Notes under the pieces: generated by a model
Database searches by the model: none
What the model was told of the DNA's origin: nothing
Seen by the model: only the letters and a program-made list of their open reading frames with translations
Assembly (NCBI GenBank): GCA_964016885.1
Contig: OZ024748.1
Location: 38,936,001 to 39,000,000 of the forward strand
Length of the DNA: 64,000 nt
Reading direction: 5' to 3'
Source: Eledone cirrhosa
Lineage: Eukaryota
Translations under genes and position numbers: made by a program
Part shown: positions 1-12,670 of the stretch, in pieces
How positions within the stretch are numbered: the stretch's first letter is position 1
Layout: each line of letters opens with the position of its first letter

Positions 1-203
1 ATATATATGTGTGTATATATATATATATATATGTGTGTATATATATATATATATATGTGTGTATATATATATATATATATGTATGTATATATATATATAT
101 ACGTATATATATATATGTATACATGTCTAATATATATATATATGTATGTGTATATATATATATATATATGTGTATACATGTCTAATATATATATATATAT
201 ATG

Positions 204-242
<39 letters not shown>

Positions 243-325
243 ATACATGTCTAATATATATATATATATATGTATACATGTCTAATATATATATATATAT
301 GTATACATGTCTAATATATATATAC
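1..325. repeat. compound (TA)n/(TG)n microsatellite with recurring TATACATGTCTAA unit
   Basis: Directly visible; the YI/CV-rich ORFs here are artefacts. Confidence 0.95.
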
Positions 326-475
326 ACACTCTATAATTATCACTGAAAATAGTCAATGGAAGCCCACTGTTCAAAAGATGACTAAATTACATTGTAAATA
401 TTGATTACATGCTCTCTTGTTCCCAATGTCAGGTCTCCTTACATAATACGTGGATAGTTTCAATGTCTATATCAC

Positions 476-652
476 AGTCTGAGAATCTCGTCTGAGCATC
501 ACGTCTGAGAATCTCGTCCAAGAATCTCGTCTGAGAATCTCGTCCGAGAATCTCGTCCGAGAATCTCGTCCGAGAATCTCGTCCGAGAATCTCGTCTGAG
601 AAGCTCGTCCGTGAATCTCCTCTGAGAATCTTCATTTAGAATCACCTCTGAG
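476..652. repeat. 13-bp minisatellite (GAGAATCTCGTCY)n, ~12 copies
   Basis: Tandem gagaatctcgtcc/gagaatctcgtct units. Confidence 0.95.
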
Positions 653-736
653 AAGAAATACTTCCATGTTAAACCAAAACACCATATTTTAACATTATTA
701 AAACTAAAGTTTAACATCGCATTATAAAATATCCAT

Positions 737-890
737 GTGGTGATTGGCAGTATCGGTAGACAGTCGGACGCCATGCTTTCCAGCATAGTTACGTCCCTTT
801 ATGGTCTGAGTTCAAATCCCGTCGAGGTTAACTTTACCTTTCATCCTTACGGGGTCGATAAAATAAAGTACCAGTAATACACTGTAATTG
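737..890 (+). mobile_element. tRNA-derived SINE (octopus-type, Meta-domain-like central region), diverged
   Basis: A-box-like TGGCAGTATCGG, B-box GAGTTCAAATCC, then CCTTTCATCCTTACGGGGTCGATAAAATAAAGTACCAG, resembling a conserved SINE central domain. Confidence 0.75.
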
Positions 891-944
891 CTGGCCTTGT
901 GCCAAAAGTAGAATCAATTATTAATATCCATGCGATCTTATTCT

Positions 945-1170
945 ATATCTCTTTAGCCCTTTCTCTCTCTCTCTCACTCTCTATCCCTCTCTCTCCCTAT
1001 TCTCCCTCCCTCTCACCCTCCCCGCTCTGCCCCCTCCCTCTCTCTCTCCCTCTCACCCTCACCCTCTGCCCCATCCCTCTTTCTCTCTCTCTCTCTCTCT
1101 TTCCTCTCTCTCTCCCGCACCCCTCCCTCTCACTCTCACTCTCTCCTTCTCTCTCACCCCCCCCCCCCCG
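945..1170. repeat. (CT)n/polypyrimidine tract
   Basis: Directly visible. Confidence 0.95.
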
Positions 1171-1444
1171 AGAAGTAATCTACTGTATTTAAACCTGGAG
1201 AGGAACTCCGCCATGTTTAGGACATGTGTCCTTGAAATGTCAATGTCAACATGGCGTCCCTCCAATCCCCCGGGAGTACGGGACCATGCAATATTGAACT
1301 GTACAAATATGTCCCCTTTTTATGTTGTTGTTTGGGTATGTTTAACTTTCTTTATTGAATTATATCTTTTAACTCAGACGGAGTGTGATAACATTAAAAT
1401 TATTTGCGTGTTTTTCTAAGGTCCTTACATTCTGAGTAAAAGTA

Positions 1445-1685
1445 TTATATATATATATATATGTGTGTGTGTATACGAATATGCACAAACACACACGCGT
1501 GCAGACGCACATGCACACTTACACAAACGCACACACATATATATATACACATTTTTTATGTATTTATATACGTATACATTTAAGTGATGCATATACTTTT
1601 GAGCGTAAATGTGAGATTTATAAAAATAACTGTATGTATACATATATATATATATATGTATGTATATATATATGTATATATATAC

Positions 1686-1726
<41 letters not shown>

Positions 1727-1816
1727 CATGTATATATATACATATATATATAGGTACATATATGTATGCATATTTATGTATGTATATGTATGTATATATA
1801 TGCATATTTATGTATG

Positions 1817-1847
<31 letters not shown>

Positions 1848-1854
1848 GTATATG

Positions 1855-1886
<32 letters not shown>

Positions 1887-2060
1887 AGTATGTATATATG
1901 TGTATATATGTATGTACATATAAGTATGTATATATGTATATATATATGTATGTATATATAAGTATGTATATATGTGTATATATATATGTATAAATATATA
2001 TATATGTGTGTGTGTGTGTATATGTGTATATATGTATATATATGTATGTGTATATATGTG

Positions 2061-2112
<52 letters not shown>

Positions 2113-2136
2113 GTGCGTGTGTGTGTCTGTGTGTGT

Positions 2137-2180
<44 letters not shown>
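1445..2180. repeat. compound (TA)n/(TATG)n/(TG)n microsatellite
   Basis: Directly visible. Confidence 0.95.
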
Positions 2181-2181
<1 letters not shown>

Positions 2182-2538
2182 TATAACCTGTTGTAAATAC
2201 GTGAGTGACTCTGAAGGATGACTCTATGCATGTAAATGGTTGTGATGGGAGTCTAAGGATGCATTTCTCTGTAAATATCGGTAAACATATGATTACATTA
2301 CAACAGTTCCAGAAAGATGTATGTAAACATTGCTGGCGAACTGGGAGGTGCATGTGTTTACAGCTGTATATACTCAAATGCATGTGTTTATAGCTGTATA
2401 TATTACATATTTATATTGCAATTTACACTCGGACGAGTGTGAAATTAAATAAATGAATAATACAACAATAGACTTCCTCTGTTTTATTTCCTATGTTTCT
2501 ATCTTGATAGTCTCAAATTATGTAAATATATGTATATA

Positions 2539-2576
<38 letters not shown>

Positions 2577-2643
2577 TAAATGAAGTAATTCCGTCGGAAA
2601 AGTCCAGGAAAAAAGAGTGCTCTATGTAGGTAACAGAGCTTAA

Positions 2644-2851
2644 TAGTTATGTAATAAACAACATAAGGCAATTATTTCATTTACCAGTGGTTTCTTAAAA
2701 GCAAAAAATTTTGCTTTCGATCATCAGAATGAAAAAATCCTGGTCAGGATAAACAGGATTTTTTCATTCTGATGATTGAAAGCAATATTTTTTGCTTTTA
2801 AGAAACCATTGGTAAATGGAATAATTGCCTTATGTTGTTTATTACATAACT
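2644..2851. mobile_element. PLE pLTR fold-back palindrome with two hammerhead motifs (2675-2734 minus, 2761-2822 plus)
   Basis: ~98-bp inverted arms. Plus arm reads ttcatt-CTGATGA-ttgaaagcaa..ttgcttttaa-GAAACC-att-GGTA-aatgga. Confidence 0.85.
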
Positions 2852-2921
2852 ATATATAGTTATATATATAAATATATATACAATTATATGTTTAATTGTG
2901 TAATAAACAACACATTATAAT

Positions 2922-3049
2922 TATTCCATTACCAAAGGTTTTACGAAATTAGACGATTCTAACAGAAACAACTGTTTCGTTCATCGATGAACGAAGCAGT
3001 CGTTTCTGTTAGAATCGTCTAACTTCCTGAAACCTTGAGTAATGGAATA
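2922..3049. mobile_element. PLE-type fold-back palindrome centred inside a hammerhead core
   Basis: Inverted arms around ttcatc|gatgaa (~2986); plus arm reads GATGA-acgaa...ttcct-GAAAC-cttga-GTA-atgg. Confidence 0.65.
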
Positions 3050-3609
3050 TTACATAATCAAATAGCTCTGTACTATACATATTTCTACGGAAATACGTAA
3101 CACGTATATAATTGTATATATAAATATATATATACATATATATAATATGTAAATATATTTATAAATATATTTATATATATTTATATATATGATTATATAT
3201 ATTTATAAATATATTTTTATATATATATATATAGATGTATAATTATATATATTTATATATATAATTATATATTTAATTGTATATATAATTATATATATAT
3301 ATATATTAATATATTTATATATAATTACATATATATATAATTATAATTATACATATTTTATATTGATATATAATTATATTTATAAATATATATAATTATA
3401 TATATATATGTATATAATTATATCTATATATCTATATAATTATATAAATATATATATATATGACGCGAAATTTATTATAATTATTGACAAACCAATCAAA
3501 TTACTTCTCGAAAAACCTGGAATTTCGAGCCACTTTTTCCATATAAAACAAGTAACATTCAGAGACCAACCAGATGTGAGAAAAACCACAGACCCTCCAT
3601 CTCAACTCA

Positions 3610-3647
3610 CCTTTTGAAAAGCAGAAGAACTGCGAAACCGGTAAAGG
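3610..3647 (+). ncRNA. minimal type-I hammerhead ribozyme, U3-A8 core variant
   Basis: cctt-TTGAAAA-gcag aagaa ctgc-GAAAC-CG-GTA-aagg; helices I and II pair perfectly and helix III is the palindrome ACCGGT. Confidence 0.75.
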
Positions 3648-3717
3648 AACCAAATAAATATATATATTTAAAAAAAAAATAAGACTTCAGTTGCATTTTC
3701 GATTTCATCTCTTTTTC

Positions 3718-3783
<66 letters not shown>

Positions 3784-3789
3784 TATATA

Positions 3790-4201
3790 TAAGCAAAAGG
3801 GGTATTTAATGTGTTGGTAATTCAACAAATATAAATTTTTATAACTGATTCGAAGAAATCGACAGATTTTCTGGAATATAATATTCAATGATATTAAATA
3901 AATGGAAACTATATTTATAAAACCATATTTATTCTATTATATATATTTTAAGGGTACCAAAACTTTAGTACGCTCTCATCAGATAAAATACAAAGTTTGT
4001 TTTATAAATATTGACATATCCAGGAAGAAGATCTTAACGGTTCAAGTTTTTCCTGGATATCCAGGAAAAACGTGAACCGTGAAGAACTTTGTATTTTATC
4101 TGATGAGTGCGTACCAAAGTTTTGGTACCCTTGAAATATATATAATAGAATAAATATGGTTTTATAAATATAGTTTCCATTTATTTAATATCATTGAATA
4201 A
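3790..4201. mobile_element. PLE pLTR fold-back with hammerhead (intact at 4095-4149 plus; minus copy has GAAA>AAAA)
   Basis: Arms ~3882-3997 and ~4085-4200; tttat-CTGATGA-..gtaccaaagttttggtac..-GAAAT-ATAT-ATA-ataga. Related pieces at ~16225-16330 and ~16790-16900. Confidence 0.8.
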
Positions 4202-4330
4202 TTATATATATATGTGTGAATAATTATACATATATATATATATATTATATATACGTTATTCCGGGTTGAATCGGATGATTTCTAAAGAATGAAACAGTTC
4301 TAGTCCTGTAGAATCTCATCTATATTAAAA

Positions 4331-4369
<39 letters not shown>

Positions 4370-4370
4370 T

Positions 4371-4557
4371 AACGAAGGAAATGTGGTAAGGAACCAGGTG
4401 GACCATAACGCACCAAAGTACTCAATACTTAGGGTAATAGAGTGGGTAATAGGAACAAGTAAGACCCTGACGGCTGAGCTCAAGCCGTTATGACGGCTAA
4501 TTCTGGGAAATTAGCCGTCGAAACGGCTTGAGCTCAGCCGTCGGGGTCTTACTTGTT

Positions 4558-4560
<3 letters not shown>
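4371..4560. mobile_element. PLE family A 3'-end hairpin in (TA)n
   Basis: Near-identical to the ends of the 7027-10308 element; inverted around ~4506; (TA)n on both sides. Confidence 0.85.
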
Positions 4561-4612
<52 letters not shown>

Positions 4613-4630
4613 GTATGTATGTATATATAT

Positions 4631-4672
<42 letters not shown>

Positions 4673-5558
4673 AATGTGATTCTGTGTAACAGGTCGAAAA
4701 CACAATAAAACATAAATACATGTAAATGAAACTTTATCGTTTTTATTATTATATACTTACATGAATACATACATATAGTTACATACATACATATACATCC
4801 ATACGTACCTACATACATATACGTACATACGTACATACACCTGAATACATATATATACATACACATATACAGATACTTACATATTCTTACATACATACAT
4901 ATCCTTACATATACTTACATGGATACACACACATGCATCTATGTTTGTATGTGTGTTTTAGCGTACATCATTCGTCTAGACATTATTCCATGAAATCCTA
5001 GCCACTCTGTTGACGATAGGGACTTTCAAACAAAGCTAACTGCGCAGCAAGTATCTGAATTTAACTGAGATCAACACATCTTTCACAAGCAACGACCACA
5101 AAGTGGGAAACATGGATAATTTATGAATATAATTGTTTGAAAATCCTGAACAACTAACGTTCCAGTTCACTCTTGGGACACCCAGAAGGAGAAATAAAAT
5201 CTGAAGAGAATTTATACGCCAAACTAACATGATTGATTTACATAGTAATTAAATTACATAAATCAGCCGCCCTTTTTCTGCGTATTCAGAAATAATAGAA
5301 AACCAAGGCCCTTCTCTAGAGCCTACCATAGCGCATATATATGGTCACTCAACCGGCTAAAAATGGATGCCAAACTACGGTTAGATCACCCCCAACCTTC
5401 TTTTTAAACAATATAAACTGTAGTTGATAAAGTCGACTAAATCTATATATATATATTACATATAAATATACATTTACGTTATATATACATTTAAATATAT
5501 ATTTACGTTATATATACATACGTATATATATATGTATACATACACACACAGACACACA

Positions 5559-5620
<62 letters not shown>

Positions 5621-5691
5621 TATACATATATTTACATATATTTATATATATATTTACATATATATACATCTATATATATATACATATATAT

Positions 5692-5735
<44 letters not shown>

Positions 5736-5737
5736 GT

Positions 5738-5804
<67 letters not shown>

Positions 5805-5890
5805 TTTATACATGTAACTATACATTTACGTTATATACATGTATATATATGTGTATGTGTATGCGTGTGTGTAACTATACATTACGTTAT

Positions 5891-5934
<44 letters not shown>

Positions 5935-6129
5935 GCCATCCCTACAAATGAGTTCTCTGTGTAAATGTAAGTCCTGCCATAGATTATACAAGCTCTATTT
6001 GTCACTTCACGTCTAAAGTCTGTTTATAGCAAGAATTGGACTTTTATGGAGTAGAAATTCTTTGTTTATGTTGAATATATTCCTGACAACAAAACTGAAC
6101 GTGCTTTCCTTGCATATATAGAAAATATC

Positions 6130-6235
6130 TGTGTGAACATATATGTATGTGTGAGAACATAGATGTACGTGTGTGAACATATATGTATGTGTGTGAACAT
6201 ATATGTATGTGTGAGAACATATATGTATGTGTGAC
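6130..6235. repeat. 20-22-bp minisatellite (GTGTGAACATATATGTATGT)n
   Basis: ~5 tandem copies. Confidence 0.85.
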
Positions 6236-6372
6236 TGTGTAGGGGGTGAAATGTAGTTGCCCCAATGTAAATGACTATATTAATAGTCATTTACATTGGG
6301 GAAACTGCAATTTCAAATATAAAAAATTACCCAGTGTTTCCAAAGTGAAGTAGATATTCGATTTCTCTTCAG

Positions 6373-6436
<64 letters not shown>

Positions 6437-6437
<1 letters not shown>

Positions 6438-6576
6438 ACGAAGGAAATGTGGTAAGGAACCAGGTGGACCATAACGCACCAAAGTACTCAATACTTAGGG
6501 TAGTAGAGTGGGTAATAGGAACGAGTAGGACCCCGACGGCTGAGCTCAAGCCATTTCGACGGCTAATTCTGGACTA
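6437..6576 (-). mobile_element. PLE family A 3'-end fragment in (TA)n
   Basis: Matches 7027-7168. Confidence 0.85.
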
Positions 6577-6606
6577 AAAAATATATATATATTATATATA
6601 TATATA

Positions 6607-7012
6607 ATCAAGGTTTAGCAAATAAGAAATGTTTTAAGATAAATTTTAAAAAGTTCACTGTACCTGCTGTAATTACCCTTACCGTACGGTTTCAAGTCTC
6701 AAAATAAATGGATAATCCATGCGGAAATCCATTGAAAAGAAAGACTTTCGTCAGAGAGTTGTTTTCGCTCGGAGAATATAAAATTCCCGAGTTCAAATCA
6801 CGAACCGGCGCCATACAAAACTGTTCCCGAGATGAGAGTGTATGATGAAGAAACAATCCTGGTGCCGTGTATAAAGATAGAAGGCGGAGGCTGAAAGGTC
6901 AATGTACTGCCACTAGAAATAGCAGCAGTTAAAACGACCAAAATATTTTCTCGACCAGGGGAGATTAATAATAATAAAGTATGTCTCCCTACATGCAAAA
7001 TGATATAGGGAC
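6607..7012 (-). mobile_element. PLE pLTR family B fragment with hammerhead at 6676-6758
   Basis: Minus strand: ctct-CTGACGA-aagtct...agactt-GAAACC-GTAC-GGTA-aggg; homologous to 15033-16108. Confidence 0.8.
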
Positions 7013-7026
7013 ATATATATATATAT

Positions 7027-8745
7027 AACAAAGGAATTGTGGTAAGGAACCAGATGGACCATAACGCACCAGAGTACTCAATACTTAGGGTAGTAGAGTG
7101 GGAAATAGGAAAAAAGTATGACCCCGACGGCAGAGCTCAAGCCGTTTCGACGGCTATTTCTGGACTAAATTAGAATGTTTAGCCTGGTCAATACATAGCC
7201 GAACTTGTCAAGAGGGTACTTCCTTATATGGGAATATTGTAGTTGTCAAGAGGATTGGTTAAAATTTGTTGTAAACACAAATAAGTCGATCATGGCATTT
7301 GGTGGAAGGTAGGGGTGGCTGAACTTGCCTGTAGGACAATAGGGGAGTGAGTGGAGCGGTCAAGCGTTGAAAGTGATATGTACACTGTAGATTCTAAGGA
7401 TAGTGTATGAAGTGGAGAGAGGGAGGTTATAGAATAGGTAAATCGAATGAGAGTAGGAGACAATAAAAGATAATAGAAAGAAATTTAAAATTAGATAGTG
7501 AGAAATGAATTTAAAAAATCACAATGCTATCTTACAGTTACAGGTTAATAAGTTGAGAATAGAAAAAACTTGTAGAAATTGAGTAGTACCAAAACTAATA
7601 CAAATTTAAAGGGGTTTAACACGTCTGCTATAAGTAGTTAGTAAAATGTATTCGGCCAATTCTATCTTAAAATTACAGGGCTGGGGGAACTGATGCTACG
7701 GAGGCCCGATTGACTGCATTGGGGTAGGCGAAAGGGATAAAGCAGACGAGGAAGAAAATAGGAGGTGAAAGGAAGTGATAGGATGAGATAGGGGGAAGAA
7801 GAAGACAAAGAGAAAAAGAAAGGAAAAGAGATACATCTACCTATGTAAGCTGGGGTTTCCCCTAACTTATTTGGCAACTGTGTGTGTGTGGGGGGGGGGG
7901 TATCAGCCCTTGTCTACCCACCTGGGTCGTTATGGGGTTTGAGGGCGAGGTACGTCCTACGCAATCTGTGTTTGCATGCCGTTACCAGTTCGTCTTTCTT
8001 GTTTAGGAGTTGGTCCTTCGAAAACAGCATTTGTAATGTTTCCTCCGAGCATAAGTTACACGGACGGCGTCCTCCCGTGTGAGAGTTAGCTCTGGACAGT
8101 AAGCTTCAAGTGAGATTGTAGGTTATATTTTTATCTTGGAGGTCCCAGATGTGGCCCGAAAGTGTAGTGGCATGTCGCCGGACCGGGTTTCGGAAAGTAT
8201 GTCGGTGTTAGTAGAGCCGGGTCTTGAAGTCGCACGCGGTTAATCCTATATAAGCTTTGTTGGATGTGTCCGTCCTCATGTAGCACTGGTAGATCACGTT
8301 ACGTTCTCGGCATTTGTTGTTGAGGGGGAACGTAGATCTATCAGGGCAGTTACACCTCCTGGTCGGCTCTCCACTGATGTCTAGGTTATTTCTTCCATAG
8401 GGGTTGAGTTTTTTGTTGTTTGAGGAGACGATATTTTGTGCGAAGTTAGGTGTGGTGCTGTGGGAGAGTTTGGTGGTGTTTTTGTTGATTATGGTGTGGT
8501 AGCGGTGTTGTAGTGGGAAGTGTTTTTCGAGGAGTCTAAAGAAGATTTTCCCGATAGGTGTTGCCACCCCGGCATTATGGGGAGGATTGAACCACGTTAC
8601 GTTACGTGAGCGGCGGTGTCGCCTGCTGGTTCTGCTAAGGGAAGCTGGATAAAAGGATATTTCCTACCGGAAGCCACTCCGCTTGGGGGCCTGGTTGTAA
8701 TGAGGCGCGCGTTCGTCGAATATCTGCTCATTAGAGGACAAACAG
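7027..8745 (-). mobile_element. Penelope-like element family A, 5'-truncated degenerate copy (RT C-terminus, CxC linker, GIY-YIG, 3' UTR/pLTR)
   Basis: Translates LSSNEQIFD, WFNPP, RCNCPDR, VIYQC..AYIGLTACDFKTRLY; contains stops and frameshifts; starts at (TA)n. Confidence 0.9.
7122..7215 (-). ncRNA. hammerhead ribozyme of family A pLTR, U3-A8 variant with expanded helix II
   Basis: cctc-TTGACAA-gttcggctat...atagccgtc-GAAAC-ggct tgagctc tgcc-GTC-gggg; mirror copy 10201-10294 has GTG at the cleavage triplet. Confidence 0.75.
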
Positions 8746-9888
8746 GAAACCAAACGCAACCTGCACTACATCCACCGCCGCTCTAACAATCCTAGAAACA
8801 TCACCAATAACCTGGTTAAAAACATCTCCCTCCGCATATCTCGTTTGTCCTCGAAAAACACTTCCCACTACAACACCGCTACCACAACATAATCAACAAA
8901 AACACCATCAAACTCTCCTACAGCACCACACCTAACTTCGCACAAAACATCGTCTCCTCAAACAACAAAAAACTTAACCCCTATGGAAGAAATAACCTAG
9001 ACATCAGTGGAGACCCGACCAGGAGGTGTAACTGCCCTGATAGGTCTACGTGCCCCCTCAACAACAAATGCCGAGAACGTAACATTATCTACCAGTGCAA
9101 CGTGAGGACGGACACCTCCAACAAAGCTTATATAGGATTAACCGCGTGCGACTTCAAGACCCGGCTCTACCAACAACGACATACTTTCCGAAACCCAGTG
9201 CGGCGACATACCACTACACTTTCGGGCCACATCTGGGACCTCCAAGATAAAAATATAACCTACAATCTCACTTGGCGCTTACTCTCCAGAGCTAACTCTA
9301 ACACGGGAGGATGCCGTACGTGTAACTTATGCTCGGAGGAAACATTACAAATACTGTTTTCGAAGGACCAACTCCTAAACAAGAAAGACGAACTGGTAAC
9401 CGCATGCAAACACAGATTGCGTAGGACTTACCTCGCCCTCAAACCCCATAACGACCCGGGTGGGTAGACAAGGCCTGATACCCCCCCCCCCCGACACACA
9501 CACTTGCCGAATAAGTTAGGGGAAACCCCTGCTTAAATAGGTAGATGTACCTCTTTTCTTTTCTTTTCCTCTTTGTCTTCTTCTTCCCCCTATCTCATCC
9601 TATCACTTCCTTCCACCTCCTATTTTCTTCCTCGTCTGCTTTTCCCCTTTCGCCTACCCCAATGCAGCCCATCGGGCCTCCGTAGCATCAGTTCCTCCAG
9701 CCCTGTAATTTTAAGATAGAATTGGCCGAATACGTTTTACTAACTACTTATAGCAGACGTGCAAAACCCCTTTAAATATGTATTAGTTTTGGTACTACTC
9801 AATTTCTACAAGTTTTTTCTATTCTCAACTTATTAACCTGTAACTGTAAGATAGCATTGTGATTTTTTTTATTCATTTCTCATTATCA

Positions 9889-9931
<43 letters not shown>

Positions 9932-10308
9932 ATTTCTTTCTATTATCTTTTATTGTCTCCTACTCTCATTCGATTTACCTATTCTATAACCTCCCTCTCT
10001 CCATTTCATACACTATCCTTAGAATCTGCTGTATACATATCACTTTCAACGCTTGACCGCTCCACTCACTCCCCTATTGTTCTACAGGCAAGTTCAGCCA
10101 CACCTACCTCCCACCAAATACCATGATAGACTTATTTGTGTTTACAACAAATTTTAACCAATCCTCTTGACAACTACAATCTTCCCATATAAGGAAGTAC
10201 CCCCTTGACAAGTTCGGCTATTTATTCACCAGGCTAAAAATTCTAATTTAGTCCAGAAATAGCCGTCGAAACGGCTTGAGCTCTGCCGTGGAGGACATAC
10301 TTTTTCCT
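8744..10308 (+). mobile_element. Penelope-like element family A, inverted second arm
   Basis: RKPN..LHYIHRRSNNP..NISLRISRLSS, then ORF 9102-9467 (AYIGLT..CNLC..E..LLNKKDE..CKH, GIY-YIG with CCHH-type motif); reverse complement of 7105-8535; ends in (TA)n. Confidence 0.9.
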
Positions 10309-10371
10309 ATATATATATATAAACTATGAATAATAACAGGTAGACATCTTAAAAAGGTAATTTATTCCGAG

Positions 10372-10484
10372 TGCTTACAAATGTTTCAACAGTAGTTATA
10401 CAGCCTAGTCATGCTATGTGCAAATTGGTACTTATTTGCAGAAACTCTCTTTTCAAATGCTGCTTCTACCGTTTCCTCAGAGCA
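10372..10484 (-). ncRNA. type-I hammerhead ribozyme with ~70-nt loop II, next to hairpin 10485-10557
   Basis: tgct-CTGAGGA-aacggtag...ctactgtt-GAAAC-ATTT-GTA-agca. Confidence 0.8.
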
Positions 10485-10691
10485 GATTATAGATATACTA
10501 TATTTCGGTGACAGCCGGCTGTCACCGAAATATATATAGCAGTATATCTATAATTTGTAATAAACGAAGACAAATTTTACATATTTGACTTAATTCTTTT
10601 ACATTACTCCGGAGTAAACAAACAAACCTGCGTACTACGTCGAGTGCTCCAATCTGAATTCTGAGGTATCAGTAAACAACCAATATATACT

Positions 10692-10750
<59 letters not shown>

Positions 10751-10860
10751 TAAAAAGGAAAAGAAAATGCTGACAAATTTTTCCCAGTGAAAAATAGTTT
10801 AATTAGGAATAAGTATAAATTAGTAATAAGTATTAGTTAGTATTCAGTTTTAGTTTTAAG

Positions 10861-10965
10861 TTTTTACCGGTTGCGCATTTCTTATGCTTTTCAAAAATAA
10901 TTTTGAGATAGAGTGCTCCTGATTTTTGCAAAAATCACGAGTACTCTATCTCAAAATTATTATTT
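10861..10965 (-). mobile_element. PLE pLTR remnant: degenerate U3-A8 hammerhead (GAAA>GCAA) plus fold-back; related to 3570-3650
   Basis: ttt-TTGAAAA-gcat aagaa atgc-GCAAC-CG-GTA-aaa; palindrome 10895-10965. Confidence 0.65.
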
Positions 10966-11080
10966 TTCATTAGTTAAACAAAACAAGACCACAAATTTCA
11001 CAAGGAAGACATTATTAAAAGATTGTCAACGTAGTTTTAGTTTAATGTAAGGAATGATAATAATAATACTAATAATATCC

Positions 11081-11199
11081 GTTTACAATTGTTTCGCTAC
11101 TCCATATAATGTTTCTGGATCAAATGATTATAGATCATTATTGATCTGGTTCAGTTGAAGATAATTAACTTAGGTAAAATTGGACCAGTTCATCGGAAC
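11081..11199 (-). ncRNA. degenerate hammerhead motif
   Basis: gtt-CCGATGA-...-GAAAC-AATT-GTA-aac; core U4 mutated and helix II imperfect. Confidence 0.45.
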
Positions 11200-11273
11200 T
11201 TCAAAAGGAATATAAATTAAGGTAAAAAAAGATGGTTACATGAATGTAATGTTCCATATATTGGTATTTCACT

Positions 11274-12670
11274 ATGGTGTCCTTGGTATATCTATTGTCT
11301 GCCATAGGCGAGCAATATTACCCAGGACACCATAGTGAAATACCAATATATAGAACATTTGACTTTCTTCAAGGAGGAAAACAGTACGGAAGTATTTCCG
11401 TACTGTTTAAAAGCGAGGCACTCGCCCAAAAATATTCTGTGACACCAATGGTGTCAAAAGCCTTCACCTTTTTCCCTACGTACATGAGAAAAAGGACACA
11501 AAAATTAAAAATTAAAAATATACCAGCAAACATTAACATCTGGTGGATCTTGGCTGGCTTCGTGGAACCAGAGACTGATACTATTCTTTCAATACGAAAG
11601 TCTATTAGACAACGGTGGGCGGGTACTGATTTGGAGATTCTGATAGAGATGAGGCCGGAGAGAATCTCCAAAATACCAGAAAAAGTCGTCATCCACGACA
11701 ACAACAAAATAAACATTTCGGTGGAGGGTGTAAACCTCATTGCTTTCGCTGTGGTAGCGCAGCACACCTAAAAGCCTCTTGTCCTTCACAAACACACCAC
11801 AACAACATCATTAAAAAAACACTATTACCAACACCAACACCAAAACAACCACCACCACAACAACAACAACTCACGAAACAAGTAAACACACCAAAACAAA
11901 CAGCCACTCAACCAACAACAACAGAAAAACACAGACAATCCCACTGAAGAACACAGCCCCACCCCAACCCACTCCATCAAACACTACCACAAACACACAC
12001 ACCGAAATACCACCACCACACAACATACCCCTACCCCACACTCCTGACGATGATTATTCATTGACAGATGAGGCTGCTTCTCCTTCTTTAAGTGAAGAAG
12101 AAGGAGAGCCTCGGAAATATAAAGAGACACCACAAAACCCCCAAAACTCCAATCACCAACACCAACACACAACCACAGGCACAAACAACAACACAAACAA
12201 CACCACAGTCAAACATCCCCCTACCGGCAAAGCCAACACCAACACCACCCCAAACACAAGCACCCACCATGAAAAGAAAACTCCCGGACGAACAACAAAC
12301 TAAAACAACAAAAACACAAACAATACGCATACATCAACACAAACAACAAGAGTTTGATGGAGGTCATCTCCCAAAACCCCAAGGTGGAGACGGAGGGCAA
12401 AACTTTCGTCAAAGCAGAATCGTCTCCACACCTAAAACTAATAAGGGTTTCGATAGAAACCTATCAGAAATTGAAAGAAAACAGTTTTCGCAGGATGTTG
12501 GCAACCCCTGTCAAAAACCTATTAACCGCGTCTTATTAAAATGTTTCCCCACCCCACCCACACCCCCACCAGAACTGAAATGGAGATTGAACAACCCGAT
12601 CTCCAGGAAACGAAAGGGTAAGTGCACTTTTTCGTCCTTTTCGCCAACTCTTCTCCACCAACATGGCTAG
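11274..12670 (+). pseudogene. LINE (L1/Tx1-type) ORF1 remnant with CCHC zinc knuckle
   Basis: Frameshifted CFRCGSAAHLKASC (CX2CX4HX4C) at 11741-11782, then a T/P/Q-rich tail directly abutting ORF2. Confidence 0.75.
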
